This document shows positions 38,557-49,869 of a DNA stretch of 64,000 bases, in pieces; position 1 is the stretch's first letter; every line of letters starts with the position of its first letter. The position numbers were made by a program, and so were the translations under genes. Origin of the DNA: Bacilli bacterium (GTDB lineage: Bacteria; Bacillota_I; Bacilli_A; RFN20; CAG-826); the NCBI GenBank assembly GCA_045628045.1, contig JAZQOV010000011.1, positions 4,912-68,911 on the forward strand, in the 5' to 3' direction. Below the pieces are notes generated by a model that saw only the letters and a list, made by a program, of their open reading frames with translations, ran no database searches and had not been told where the DNA came from.

Positions 38557-41500
38557 ATGAAAAAATTATTACAATTATTACTTGCGCTTACTATGGCAAG
38601 ACCAGCTGCATATGCTGAGAAAAATAAGACATTCAATTATGTTAGTTTTGGTGATTCCCAAACTGCCGGCTTAGGCTTACATGGTTGCGTTCCAGAATGG
38701 TTCTATGAAGATCCTTCGTATTATTGGACAGGAACAAACCCAATCACTGGAGAAAAAATAAAGAGTGGTTACTTCGCATCGGGATATTATTTCCAATCAG
38801 AAGATAGCTATCCAAGATTAATTGAAAAGGCATTACAAAGAGAATACAAAAATGTAAACTTCAAACCTGCCGCAATTAATGCATTTAGAGCCGAAACTCT
38901 TAAACATCTTCTTTACGGCGAACCAATGACTCATGTCTATGATCAATTTATGGCATCTGACTATATTAGTGGTTCTGAAGCAGAAAGACATGAAACTTAC
39001 ACAATTAATGGTAAGGTTTATACTTACGATAAGGCAAAAACAAGCGTAAGTGCTGAAATGATTAGCGCAGTCGAAAATGCTGATTTAATCACATACGATT
39101 TAGGCGCAAACGATTTCGGTGGATTCTTTATGTTTGGATCTTTTGCTTCTTACCTTGAAAAATACGGAATTAAAGTCACAGATTTATATGAACTTATTCC
39201 AGCCGAATATGCTGATATTTATTATTCAACAAAAGGCTATATTTTAAATATGATTCTTGAATCTGCTGGAGAAGCTATTCCTGCAGAATTACTTTCATCA
39301 CTTACATCATATGTTGATATGTTTGTTTATTCATTAGTGTCATTCATAGTTAACTTTGATGCCACTATGGAAAGAATTTATACATTAAACCCAGATGTTG
39401 AAGTTGTCGTTATGTCAATTCAAAACATCTATAAAGATGCACAAGCAGCAATGGGTGATATGGTTCTCCCACTCGGTGACATCATAGGTGTATTAATGAC
39501 TATTGCTAATGCATATACATCATTCTTCTCACCATATGCTAATAAGTATTATTATGTTGATTTTGGTAATGAACACGTTCACGATCATATCGATGAACTC
39601 GAAACATGGTCATCACAAAGATCATTCTTAAATACTTCACTTACACGTTATGCTGAATTAGAAAGATTAATGGGTTATGGTGAAATTATTGATTCATTCA
39701 ATGTTTACTCAGAACTCTTAGTTGAATATACTCTTAAGAACGAAATTGCAGCAAGAGAAAACGTTATCGTCGGTGGAAGACAACTTACATTTGACGAAAT
39801 CGTCAATTCAAATTCCTATGCTTTAAGAAGCATTAAGAATAGAATTCAAAAAGAATTAGCTGTTAAAACAAAACTTTCTTATTATGCTCATGCTAGAGCA
39901 TTTGTATGTTCATTTGAAAACAAGACCATGGCCATGGAAGCCACATGGGGCGATCCAGCACTTGATCAAATCAGTGTTATCGCAAAAGAATATCAAGATA
40001 AATTTAATCCAAATCTTAGCGAAGAAGCTAATATCTTAAATGTTATTAATGATCTTGATAAAGCAATTACTGCTGAATATTCAGGAGCAGAGAACGCTGA
40101 TAAACAAGCTGCATTATTTGCACAATTATTAGGTACTGGTTATGCTTATGCATTTATGTGCCACAGATCTGTTGAAGGTCATAAAGAATGTGCAGAAAGA
40201 GTACTTGCAGCATTCCACGCAAAGAATAATAAGAGAACAACTGGTAAAGAAGGCTTACTCGCTGCATTACCATCAATCTTATTTAACTTTAATAAAGAAA
40301 AGAGCTATCAAACTGTAGCTCAAGTAGTTGCAGCAATTACCCCATTTATCGTTGGTGGTAAGATCAATGAAGGCTATATCGTTTCAACACTTGATGAACT
40401 TCTTGCCTTTATCGATAACGCTGAACAATACGTTACAGAAAACGAAGAAGCTGTTGTAAATGTTAAGACAGCAATTGATAGCTTAGTTGAACAACTTGGT
40501 TTAACTGAACAATTTGCAGAATTACTTGCAAGCAATCCATTATTAAAAGAATTCTACGAAAATACTGAAGAAATGCTCATCAAGACATTCGGTGATGCAA
40601 GACTCGCATTAAAGATTGTCGAATTTGTTGAAATACTCAGAAATACATTCGTTGGAAGAGATATTGCTGTTGCAGTTTCATATGCAGTTGGCGAAGTCTT
40701 AAAAGATCTCGGCATTGCATTAGCTGAAATTGTTAAGGTTGCAGAAGGCATTGGCGAAAAAGTTCATGAAGCAATTATGAACACTCCAAGTGCTATCTCA
40801 TATGCTATTAAAGCAATTGAAGAAGCTCTTGGCGTTGTCGCTGATAAAGTAATGGCAGCTCTTGACTATGCTGGCCACGTTGCTGGTGAAGTTAAAGATA
40901 AAGCAATTGAAGTTTCAATCGAAGCACTTCATGCAATTGATAAGGCATTTGATTGGACAGGTGATCAACTTAAGAATTTAGTTGAATTCATTGCTAAAAC
41001 ATTTGTTAAAACTGTAAATGCTACTGAAGAAGCTGCTAAAAATGCTGCTGTTGCAACATATAACGCAGTTAAATATGTAGCAGAAGAAGTTGGTAATTCA
41101 GTTGACTTTGTCTTAGGAGAATTATCAGAGATTCCAGGAATCATTGGCGAAGCTATAGGCGATGCCCGTGCATTTACTGAATCAGTCTTATCATGGGCAG
41201 GTAAACAAGTTAGCAAGGCATTCTCTGCTGTTGTTGATGTCCTTGATAGTATTCCAGGCGCAGTTAAAGAAGGTGCAGAATTTGTTGCCTCAGTAATTGC
41301 TGATCTTATTGGAAAAGCAAAAGATGCTATCGGTGATGTTGTCAGTTTCGAAAAAGAAGTTGCTGAAAAAATCTATAATGCTGGTAAATCAGCTGTAGAA
41401 TATGTTGTCGATGAAGTTTCTAAGGCAATTCCAGAAGTTGTTGAATTTGTCGAAGATGCAGCAAAATTCGTTTCTGACGGAGTTAAAGCATATGTTAATT

Positions 41501-42129
41501 TTGTAAGAGAAACCATTGCTTCAATTCCAGGTGCTATCCGTGATGCAGTTGATAATATTGGCGAAGTTGCAAGTAAGATCTTCAACTCATTATCTGATTT
41601 CTCAAAAGAAGCAATTACCACAGTTATTAATGTAGCTGGTGAAATCGCTGGTAATGTTGAAGATGCAGTTAAAGCAGGAGCTTCATTTATTGCTGATGCA
41701 GTTTCAGAAATTGCTGGTAATGTTGGCGACTTCATTGGAAGCGTTATTGAATTCTTTACAGGAAATAGAAGAGTTACAAGAGGTGCTCCAGTACCACAAG
41801 AATATCATGGTATTGAAGCTCTTGAAGAATTCGTTGCAAAGATTCAAGAAACATTAGCAAAAGCTGAAGATGTCAGCCTTGAAACTGTTGCTGTGCTTCT
41901 TGGTTATGTTACCAAAGTTATTCCGGCAGCAATTCAAGAAGTCTATACAATGGCTGTTAAAGGAGTTAATGAATTTGTCATTGCTTCTTATGAAAAACTT
42001 GCAAGCACTGTAATGAGCGAAGTTTGTGGCTTTGTTAGTTCAGTTGCTCCAGTTGCAATGAGCGTCTACTCAGACCTCTTAGCAGCATTATCAAGTGCAT
42101 TCATTGCATGGGCTCCATTATTCAAATAA
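38557..42129 (+). CDS. secreted protein: N-terminal SGNH/GDSL hydrolase domain + long Ala/Glu/Val-rich repetitive C-terminal region
   Basis: Signal peptide ending AYA. GDSL block FNYVSFGDSQTAG. Block ADLITYDLGANDFGG. The C-terminal ~500 aa are built of approximately repeating AIxEVxxKV.. units. Confidence 0.7.
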   Translation: MKKLLQLLLALTMARPAAYAEKNKTFNYVSFGDSQTAGLGLHGCVPEWFYEDPSYYWTGTNPITGEKIKSGYFASGYYFQSEDSYPRLIEKALQREYKNVNFKPAAINAFRAETLKHLLYGEPMTHVYDQFMASDYISGSEAERHETYTINGKVYTYDKAKTSVSAEMISAVENADLITYDLGANDFGGFFMFGSFASYLEKYGIKVTDLYELIPAEYADIYYSTKGYILNMILESAGEAIPAELLSSLTSYVDMFVYSLVSFIVNFDATMERIYTLNPDVEVVVMSIQNIYKDAQAAMGDMVLPLGDIIGVLMTIANAYTSFFSPYANKYYYVDFGNEHVHDHIDELETWSSQRSFLNTSLTRYAELERLMGYGEIIDSFNVYSELLVEYTLKNEIAARENVIVGGRQLTFDEIVNSNSYALRSIKNRIQKELAVKTKLSYYAHARAFVCSFENKTMAMEATWGDPALDQISVIAKEYQDKFNPNLSEEANILNVINDLDKAITAEYSGAENADKQAALFAQLLGTGYAYAFMCHRSVEGHKECAERVLAAFHAKNNKRTTGKEGLLAALPSILFNFNKEKSYQTVAQVVAAITPFIVGGKINEGYIVSTLDELLAFIDNAEQYVTENEEAVVNVKTAIDSLVEQLGLTEQFAELLASNPLLKEFYENTEEMLIKTFGDARLALKIVEFVEILRNTFVGRDIAVAVSYAVGEVLKDLGIALAEIVKVAEGIGEKVHEAIMNTPSAISYAIKAIEEALGVVADKVMAALDYAGHVAGEVKDKAIEVSIEALHAIDKAFDWTGDQLKNLVEFIAKTFVKTVNATEEAAKNAAVATYNAVKYVAEEVGNSVDFVLGELSEIPGIIGEAIGDARAFTESVLSWAGKQVSKAFSAVVDVLDSIPGAVKEGAEFVASVIADLIGKAKDAIGDVVSFEKEVAEKIYNAGKSAVEYVVDEVSKAIPEVVEFVEDAAKFVSDGVKAYVNFVRETIASIPGAIRDAVDNIGEVASKIFNSLSDFSKEAITTVINVAGEIAGNVEDAVKAGASFIADAVSEIAGNVGDFIGSVIEFFTGNRRVTRGAPVPQEYHGIEALEEFVAKIQETLAKAEDVSLETVAVLLGYVTKVIPAAIQEVYTMAVKGVNEFVIASYEKLASTVMSEVCGFVSSVAPVAMSVYSDLLAALSSAFIAWAPLFK

Positions 42130-42152
42130 TTTGAGTAATTAAACAAATACAA

Positions 42153-42184
42153 AACCAGATCGTTTCTAGCGGTCTGGTTTTTAT
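42153..42184 (+). terminator. Rho-independent terminator
   Basis: ACCAGATCG-tttctag-CGGTCTGGT hairpin followed by a T-run. Confidence 0.5.
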
Positions 42185-42289
42185 TTTGCTTAATTGAGAG
42201 TTCTTTACTTTTCTTATATTAATATAAAAAAAGCTTTTAGGCTTATTTAGGCTCTCAATTAAGAAAGAATGTAAACTTAACCGTCACAA

Positions 42290-42314
42290 TAAGAAAAAGG
42301 CCTCTATGGGCCTT
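42290..42314 (-). terminator. Rho-independent terminator for the minus-strand gene 42349-43239
   Basis: AAGGCC-tctatg-GGCCTT hairpin followed, on the minus strand, by TTTTT. Confidence 0.5.
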
Positions 42315-42348
42315 AAAACATATTTATAAATAATTTTATTATTAATTC

Positions 42349-43239
42349 TTATTTAGATTTAGCACGATTAAGTAGTTTTGCTATTAATAATGAAGATAAA
42401 TATAGTTCTAATGAAACAAGTGTTGTAATAGCGAGTGTTTCTATTGTTCCTATCTTATCTAGGCTTATATGAAGAAGCATCTTATTAATTACATAGCCAA
42501 TTCCTAATCCTAATAAAGAGAATATGATTATTATTAATAATGCTTTACGAGTTCTTGGCTTTTTATCTTTTATTAAATAAAGTTTTAACGAGAATGCTTC
42601 TGCCGCTACAAGGATGATAGCGGTAATCCAATATAATAAATAAAATTTATTCCCGCCTACGTACTCGTACGAGCCCACAAGTGCGCTACAAGATCCAAGA
42701 AGTGGGATTATAAACGACAAGATTGTTGGTAAGGAGAATTTTGAATTCTTTTTAACGGAAATCATATGCTCTTTATCAAGTACAAGAAGTGGGAAGTTTA
42801 ATTCCACATCTGCGAGTTTGTTTATATCTAATTTAAATGACTCTAATTTATCAAAAGAAACATAAAGAGGATTATATTTATTTACGATTTTAATTAGAGT
42901 CTTTATTTTCTCAATTTGTTGAGCCTCTGATAATTTATTATCAGTTTTTAACATTACAAGTTCATTTAAAATCTTCTTTCCTTGATTTTCATTAAAGGAA
43001 TTTTGTGCAAAATTTGCCATGAAAAAACCAACTTTATTCATGTTAATTTTTATTTGCACAACATCATTAATTTCATTCTTGTTTGAGTCAATTATTTTTA
43101 GACCCATAACCTTATTTTTCGCATATGATTTATTTAGCGAAGAAATGAAGTCTTTATCTCTAATAACGACAATGTTATTTTCAAAACTAAATTTGCGACT
43201 TGAATCGGAAATTTGGAATGTGATTTGATTTTTTTCCAT
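42349..43239 (-). CDS. hypothetical membrane protein (soluble N-terminal half, 3 C-terminal TM helices)
   Basis: The ORF has its own terminator. It is the only minus-strand gene in a 30-kb + strand block. No family was recognised. Confidence 0.5.
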   Translation of the reverse strand: MEKNQITFQISDSSRKFSFENNIVVIRDKDFISSLNKSYAKNKVMGLKIIDSNKNEINDVVQIKINMNKVGFFMANFAQNSFNENQGKKILNELVMLKTDNKLSEAQQIEKIKTLIKIVNKYNPLYVSFDKLESFKLDINKLADVELNFPLLVLDKEHMISVKKNSKFSLPTILSFIIPLLGSCSALVGSYEYVGGNKFYLLYWITAIILVAAEAFSLKLYLIKDKKPRTRKALLIIIIFSLLGLGIGYVINKMLLHISLDKIGTIETLAITTLVSLELYLSSLLIAKLLNRAKSK

Positions 43240-43504
43240 AACGATATTTTAGATTATTATCAGTTATCTTTCTATACAAAAATTTTTAAAGTTATCCGCG
43301 AAATTACCATTATTTTCGGTATAAAACGCTCATTTTTTAAACTCAAATTGAACTTTTTTGACCACAAAATATTATTTTGATTGTTATTTAGAAGACACTT
43401 AATATAAAATATTAGAGAAGTAAGATTTAGTTCATTTATTTAAATTTGTAAAAAATGGTTGTCTATTTTATAAGACAAACTACATCTTAAGGAAGGATAT
43501 CATT

Positions 43505-46321
43505 ATGAAAAAAAGTATCTCTGGAATCTTGTTAGCATCCGTTATGTCACTCGGCTTTTTAGCTGCACCTAGTACAGTTAAGGAATCAGGAAGTGCAGAG
43601 GAAGAAACAGCCATTACTTTACGCGCGAAGGCAAAAGAGGAAAGAAATTGTTTTATTTCCACTTTAGTTGAAAACATTACATCTGGGAAAACATATACCT
43701 TTAAAATTGATGGAAAGGATGTCGGTCGTTTTAGACTAACCAAATATAAAAAAGGCTGGGCAATTTCTAAGGGAACAATGTTTGTCGGCATTCAAAATAA
43801 GAGAATTGTCTACAAATTAACCCCAACTGAATGGAATTATGAAGATGGTGCATTTAGCCTCCCAGTAAAAAAAGTAAATTTTGGTTTTATCCATATTGAT
43901 ACTTCCGAACAACCAACCCAATACATTAAATCATTTAAAGTTGGTGCAAGATTAACCACCGAAAAAACTAACGTTGAAATTTATAACGTTATTCACACTG
44001 CGCACGCAATGACCGACTGGATTGATTGCGAAGATGGTGTACACCACAAGAAAGTTTGTTTAAATGAATGTGGTTACGAAGAAATTGGCGTTCATAACTT
44101 TGGTGAATTTAATAGTTCGCTTTATTGTCTTGATTGTGGCGCTATTAATCCAGGTGATCCTGAAGTTAATATTTCTGCTGCATTTAGAGAAGTAGAAACA
44201 GTCAATTATTTGAACATTCTTGTTGGAAAACCATTTAAATACACTACATATTATGCAGACGTTGATGTTTCATATAATAACGTTGGTATTTCCAAAGTTG
44301 AATTAAGAATGAATGAACAAGGCGACTTTGTCGAAGGATATAGTTGCTCACTAAATTCAAGAATCAAAACTCTTGAAGTTAGAGTTACCGATACACGCAA
44401 CAATGTTTACAACGAAGTATTCAAAAACCTCATTGTTTCATTTGATTTACAAGGTAAAGCATCAAAAATCGCTCCTATTACACATGTGGGCGAAGGCGAT
44501 AAAATCGCTGCTCCAGAAAGACCAGCTCCAACAAAAGATGAAATCTTTGCTGGCTGGTACAAAGAAGCAGAATGCGAAAATCCTTGGGATTTCGAAGTTG
44601 ATACTGTCGAAGATGATACAGTTTTATATGCTAAGTACGTTAAAGGAAATACCCTTTCAAGTGTTTTAAGCTTAAGCTATGACATCTTCCCATACGCAAC
44701 AAGCGCAACCCCAGTTCCAACAAAATCTTGGGTCAATGGCAAAGGCATTAGAGCATACATTTCAGGTGAAAACCTTGTTCTTTTAAACGGCACGAAGAAA
44801 TTAACACTTCCTCTTGCAACCGAAATGTCTATTAACGAAAACAATGAATACATCATTCAAGAAGGATCTGTTACTTGGAAATTCAACCTTCTTAGATACT
44901 TTGGATTTGATTATTTAGGATATTTTGAAATCGAAGGTTCAGAAGGCTTTGATGGTGCTTATGGTAAAACAAGTTCAAGACTTACAACAGTTATTGCAAA
45001 TGCAACAGGTATGGGTGGTTTCCCAGTTGGTGAAGCTCGTCCAGTAAATGCTTGGTCCAATGAAAAAGGAAATCGTTTATATGTAGATTCTGCTACTGGT
45101 GCAATTACAATTGAAAGCCCTAATAAAGAAGCAATTGTTCTTGAAAACAATGTTCCTGTTAATGTTTTTGATAACTATGTTATCAGAGATGAAGAAAATA
45201 ACATTAAGTTAATGCTTAACACTGAAAATGGTAAATTAACTTCTATTGAAGTTGTTACACTTGGATCATCTGAGGAAACTTCCGATTTCGGAACATTCAT
45301 TCCAGCATATGATTTAGGTAGCCTTTTAGGTACCACATTCCCAGTTACAGATATTAACAAAGCTCCACTTGATGCTTGGTTAAATGGTAATGGCGGAAAA
45401 GCATATATTGATGCAAATGGTAATTTTGCTATTGCAGATAACAACGGAATTGTTTACTCAGATTCCTTAGAAAAACCATACGTTTACAAAGATGGTTACT
45501 ATGTAAATGTCGGTGCTACTGAAGAAAATTATGTTAAAGTTGGTTATGTGGATGATGTTGTAACCTCAATTATTGTTAATGGTAGCTTTGGTAGCGGTGC
45601 AAATGGCACTTACACAGCTTTAGGAATTACTGTTTCATCTGTATTAGACACACTTAAAGTAATCTTCCCATATTTCAATGGAAATGGTGAAGTTTGGAGC
45701 AGTGCTTCTGGCGCAACAGTTTATTATGATGAAGATGCAAAAGCTATCGTTTTCAACACATTCTCACTTGCAGATACAACTGCATGTATTAGAGATGGTG
45801 AAAACTATGTTTGCACATATAAGAAAGGCTATGACAGCGCAAAGGTTACCTTTGTTATGGATAATGGAACATTAACATCAATTGTTGTTTCAGATGCTTC
45901 CCTTATGATTAGACGTGCAAATGGTGAATACGTTCCAACATCATTTATTGAAACTGTTAAAGATGTATTAGATTGCTCTAGTAGAGCATTCCCAGTTAGA
46001 TCAGCTGAAAATAATAACAATTCTTCAGCAATTCCAGAAGAAGCTTGGGAAAATGAAAATGGCATTAAGTGCTTCATTCAAAATGGCGAAGATACTCAAT
46101 CATTAGTCTTCTGTGAAGTCTTAGACGTCAAAGGCTACAAGATTGAAAAGAAAATCACTATCGACAATATTCTTGATAATATTGATCAAGCTGAAGGTGA
46201 TTATGTCTATCAATATTTCACATTTAAGATGACAAGAGGTGTCCTCTCAAGTATTGAAGTTAACTATCCACAAGGTAGCTTATATATTTCATTCAACGGT
46301 TCATATCAACCAGTTCTTTAA
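43505..46321 (+). CDS. secreted surface protein (938 aa) with one Listeria-Bacteroides repeat
   Basis: Signal peptide ILLASVMSLGFLAAPSTV. RBS AAGGAAGGA. Segment APERPAPTKDEIFAGWYKEAECENPWDFEVDTVEDDTVLYAKY. Cys-rich module around residues 160-220. Confidence 0.6.
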   Translation: MKKSISGILLASVMSLGFLAAPSTVKESGSAEEETAITLRAKAKEERNCFISTLVENITSGKTYTFKIDGKDVGRFRLTKYKKGWAISKGTMFVGIQNKRIVYKLTPTEWNYEDGAFSLPVKKVNFGFIHIDTSEQPTQYIKSFKVGARLTTEKTNVEIYNVIHTAHAMTDWIDCEDGVHHKKVCLNECGYEEIGVHNFGEFNSSLYCLDCGAINPGDPEVNISAAFREVETVNYLNILVGKPFKYTTYYADVDVSYNNVGISKVELRMNEQGDFVEGYSCSLNSRIKTLEVRVTDTRNNVYNEVFKNLIVSFDLQGKASKIAPITHVGEGDKIAAPERPAPTKDEIFAGWYKEAECENPWDFEVDTVEDDTVLYAKYVKGNTLSSVLSLSYDIFPYATSATPVPTKSWVNGKGIRAYISGENLVLLNGTKKLTLPLATEMSINENNEYIIQEGSVTWKFNLLRYFGFDYLGYFEIEGSEGFDGAYGKTSSRLTTVIANATGMGGFPVGEARPVNAWSNEKGNRLYVDSATGAITIESPNKEAIVLENNVPVNVFDNYVIRDEENNIKLMLNTENGKLTSIEVVTLGSSEETSDFGTFIPAYDLGSLLGTTFPVTDINKAPLDAWLNGNGGKAYIDANGNFAIADNNGIVYSDSLEKPYVYKDGYYVNVGATEENYVKVGYVDDVVTSIIVNGSFGSGANGTYTALGITVSSVLDTLKVIFPYFNGNGEVWSSASGATVYYDEDAKAIVFNTFSLADTTACIRDGENYVCTYKKGYDSAKVTFVMDNGTLTSIVVSDASLMIRRANGEYVPTSFIETVKDVLDCSSRAFPVRSAENNNNSSAIPEEAWENENGIKCFIQNGEDTQSLVFCEVLDVKGYKIEKKITIDNILDNIDQAEGDYVYQYFTFKMTRGVLSSIEVNYPQGSLYISFNGSYQPVL

Positions 46322-46333
46322 TAAAAAATAACA

Positions 46334-48325
46334 ATGATTAACTTTGTTAAAGCGATAAAAATAATATGCGCTACTTTTAGCGCACTTACATCAATGTTTG
46401 GCATTAAGCCAAATCATGATAAAAAATACACCTATGTTTCTTTAGGTGATTCCATGTCTACTGGTTTTGGCTTTGATGACTATTATATTGACGACGAAAT
46501 CATTCCGGTTGAATCAATGGAACATTATAGACCAGAAGACGGTCATAAAAATGTTCATGGATTTTTAAGAGAGGCCAAAGAAGCTTATCCAACCTTAGTT
46601 CATTCTTATCTAAAAGATAAATATGGAGAAGAGAATGTTGAGCATATTCAATTAGCGGTTAACGTTACAAGAATTGATGATATTTATTATCATCTTAACA
46701 AAGACGCAAAAACTGACGAATTTTATCAAGCCCTTTTTGAAGATAATGGTCATGGTGATCAATGGAATGATGTTTTTGCTAATAGAGCAAGACAATTTGG
46801 TTACACTACAAATGAAGATAACAACGAAGCTGTAGTTGAAACATACGTAAATTCTATAAAGAAAGCCGATTTAATAACTTTAAATGCTGGATTTAATAAC
46901 TTTGGTTGTTTCTTTAGCGGAAAATTAGGCGACATTATTGAAGGTTTGCCTATTGCCGAAAGCTTTGGAGGTCACGACACTCTCCAAGGATTCTTAGATA
47001 GAACTGGTGTTGATCTTAATATTGGCGAAGTTTATGAGCAAATAAATGATATTTTTCATAGTTACACTGGACTTGATTTAACTTCGTATGAAAAGGTCAA
47101 AGTTGGTGGCTATAACATTAATGTTAAATATTTATTAGAACTCATTGTTACTGCCTTTGCTTCATATTGTTATTATATGAATGAGACCACTAAATTAATT
47201 TATGAATTAAATCCAGATGTTGAATTAGTGGTAATTGGATTATTTAATATCCTAAAGGGTATTAAACTTTCTGTTAATGATATAACAATTGATGTTGGTG
47301 AAATCACTAGCAAGATTTTTGAACTTGTTAATTTACATACAGCCTTAGGAACAGAATGTTCAAATAAATACAAATTCGTGGATTCTACAGATTTAAACGT
47401 TGGTATTCATGCTGAAGATATTGCTAATGGCACAATGGACGAAGAACAAGTAAGACGTGCATACATTGGCTTATACACAATGGCTAAAGAAGTTGGTGTT
47501 GATATTCCAACATTTACTATAGTAAAAGACCAAATTAATGGAGCCATGATTAATTTAGGCAATCTTGATTTTGATATCTCTGAATATATTGTTGATGAAG
47601 ATGAAAATCCATTAACTGATGCTGAGGCTTATGAGACTAAGTGGTTAGCATCATCCTTGGTGTTTGGTGAAGAGAATGCTAACAGCATTAATAGCGTGCT
47701 TAACGAGTATTATGGCGTCATTGATTCACTCTTTAATGTTCTAAAACGCGCCACAAACTCAAAAACAGTCACTTTAGAAGCTCTTTCTAGTTTAGGTGAA
47801 AGTATTTCTGTTGAACAAATTAATAATGGCGATTTTGATGGTTTAATTAATATTTATGTTCGCATTGTTATCAACAATGGAATGTGGAGTCATCCTAACG
47901 AAGAAGGGCACATTGAAATTTCAAAAGCAGTTATTGAAACACTTGAAAGTCATAAAACTGCAAAAGAAGTTGGAGAAGAAAGAATTAGAAACATTCTCAC
48001 TAACATTACTTCTGAAATAGATTCGCTAGTGGATGAGTTAAAAACTCAAATTGGAATTGAGACAAAAACACTTCTTGTAAAGTTTATTGGAGAAAAAGGT
48101 TATGAAAAAGTAATTGAAGTCTCCACAAAAGTTTATAAACTCATTAAAGAATGCATTAGAATTTTGAATTTTATAGATCAATTTTTATCTTTGATAAAAG
48201 AATACAATCCTATTCTTTATAAATTCATCGAAAATTTTAATGGTAATTTGCAAAAATATTTGGTTAATCCATTTATTAAGAAGATTTTATCTTCAAATCG
48301 TTTTTGCAATATTTTATTAGGATAA
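46334..48325 (+). CDS. SGNH/GDSL hydrolase family protein (paralog of the N-terminal domain of 38557-42129)
   Basis: GDSL block KYTYVSLGDSMSTGFG. Block ADLITLNAGFNNFGCFF aligns with ADLITYDLGANDFGGFF of the paralog. N-terminal hydrophobic segment. Confidence 0.7.
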   Translation: MINFVKAIKIICATFSALTSMFGIKPNHDKKYTYVSLGDSMSTGFGFDDYYIDDEIIPVESMEHYRPEDGHKNVHGFLREAKEAYPTLVHSYLKDKYGEENVEHIQLAVNVTRIDDIYYHLNKDAKTDEFYQALFEDNGHGDQWNDVFANRARQFGYTTNEDNNEAVVETYVNSIKKADLITLNAGFNNFGCFFSGKLGDIIEGLPIAESFGGHDTLQGFLDRTGVDLNIGEVYEQINDIFHSYTGLDLTSYEKVKVGGYNINVKYLLELIVTAFASYCYYMNETTKLIYELNPDVELVVIGLFNILKGIKLSVNDITIDVGEITSKIFELVNLHTALGTECSNKYKFVDSTDLNVGIHAEDIANGTMDEEQVRRAYIGLYTMAKEVGVDIPTFTIVKDQINGAMINLGNLDFDISEYIVDEDENPLTDAEAYETKWLASSLVFGEENANSINSVLNEYYGVIDSLFNVLKRATNSKTVTLEALSSLGESISVEQINNGDFDGLINIYVRIVINNGMWSHPNEEGHIEISKAVIETLESHKTAKEVGEERIRNILTNITSEIDSLVDELKTQIGIETKTLLVKFIGEKGYEKVIEVSTKVYKLIKECIRILNFIDQFLSLIKEYNPILYKFIENFNGNLQKYLVNPFIKKILSSNRFCNILLG

Positions 48326-48330
48326 TTATT

Positions 48331-49440
48331 ATGAAAAAGAATAAGGCTTTGGATTTCTTATCAACATCACTTAACGGGATGGCGTATGGTCTTTTTTCTA
48401 CACTTATTATTGGAACAATAATTGCTACAATTGGTTTAATTTTCTCAAATTGGAATAATTCCTTTTGTAACTTTATGGTTGATTTATTAGGAACTAATAA
48501 CGTAAACAAAGGAATATCATTTATACTAAAAAATTTAACTGGTGTTGGAATTGGTGTTGGAATTGCCTTATCTTTAAAGCTTGGTTCTCTTGAAACAATT
48601 ACATTAGGAATAGTTGGTGAAATTGCAGCACTTGCTGGCAAAAATTCTAATGGTTTTCCTGTTATTACTTCAACCTTTGCAGTTGGTGATCCATTGCTTA
48701 TTTTTGTAGCTTGCATTTTGGTTGTTCTACTTTTTAAAGTAGTTTTAAAGAAAAAGACTTCTTTAGATATATTTATAATTCCTCTTTTAGGCGTCGTTGG
48801 AGGCGTTTTAATTACCCTTGTGGCATATTATCCAACTTGGGCAATTACATATGGAATTAGATGGTTAATTTCTGAAGGCACAACACTTATGCCATTCCTC
48901 ATGGGAATTGTAGTCGCTGTATTAATGGGAGTTGCACTTACTGCACCTATTTCTAGTGCGGCAATTGCTGCTATTATCTTTGGCTCAGGAGTTACAATGA
49001 GCGAAGGACTAGCTTTAGCTAGTGGAGCAGCGGTTGTGGGTTGCTCAACTCAAATGATTGGTTTTGCAATTCAATCAATTAGAGATAACAAATTTGGGCA
49101 AGTAGTTTCTGTAGGAATCGGAACTTCTATGCTTCAATTTAAAAATATCATTAAAAAGCCAGTTATTTGGCTTCCAACAATTATTGCGTCTGCTATTTTA
49201 GGTCCAATTTCGACTTGTGTATTAAAGCTTCAATGTTTTGGAGTAGCATCTGGAATGGGTACAGCAGGACTTGTTGGTCAAATTGGAACTTATTCATCAA
49301 TGGGAAATACATGGCAAACCTGGGTTGGAATATTCGGAATGCAGATTATTTTCCCAATGATTCTTGTATTTTTTATTGATCTTATTTTTAGGAAATTTGG
49401 CCTCATTAAGAAGGGTGACTTATCACTAAAAAATGAATAA
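48331..49440 (+). CDS. polytopic Gly-rich membrane protein, possible transporter (family not confidently recognised)
   Basis: The ATG at 48331 is in frame with track ORF 48304. About 10 TM helices with Gly-rich motifs (GVGIGVGIALSL, GIVGEIAALAG). Confidence 0.5.
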   Translation: MKKNKALDFLSTSLNGMAYGLFSTLIIGTIIATIGLIFSNWNNSFCNFMVDLLGTNNVNKGISFILKNLTGVGIGVGIALSLKLGSLETITLGIVGEIAALAGKNSNGFPVITSTFAVGDPLLIFVACILVVLLFKVVLKKKTSLDIFIIPLLGVVGGVLITLVAYYPTWAITYGIRWLISEGTTLMPFLMGIVVAVLMGVALTAPISSAAIAAIIFGSGVTMSEGLALASGAAVVGCSTQMIGFAIQSIRDNKFGQVVSVGIGTSMLQFKNIIKKPVIWLPTIIASAILGPISTCVLKLQCFGVASGMGTAGLVGQIGTYSSMGNTWQTWVGIFGMQIIFPMILVFFIDLIFRKFGLIKKGDLSLKNE

Positions 49441-49869
49441 TGAATATTGTTTTTAACAAGTTCTTGCAAAGCAAGAAAAGTTGTTTTTGAAATATTCTAG
49501 ATCTTCTTAAAATGTTTCTTAGTCTTCTGTGCGTCTAATAATTCTTTTTCCAATTCTTCTTTCTTTGGGAGATGAGTTATATATTTAGTCACAAAGATTT
49601 GGTTCGTAATATTTCCTAGTGCATATTCTACCTGTATGTGATCATAGTCAGTACACATGACAATACCAACAGGGTCATTGTCGCTCGATTTATTAACGTT
49701 TTCCTTAAAATAATTTAGGTAAGTGTTAATTTGGCCCATTACATCTTTTTTAAATGGAGTGGCTTTTAGCTCAATGAGCACATAACATTTAAGATTTTCA
49801 TTATAGAACACTAAATCGACAAAATATTTCTTGTTATCAATTAAAAATTGATACTGATTATCATTGAAC

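Noticed and set aside
42191-42260. Long-range inverted repeat TAATTGAGAG...CTCTCAATTA between convergent genes.
   Set aside because: It lies between two convergent terminators and is probably just part of the terminator region. No other evidence of function.
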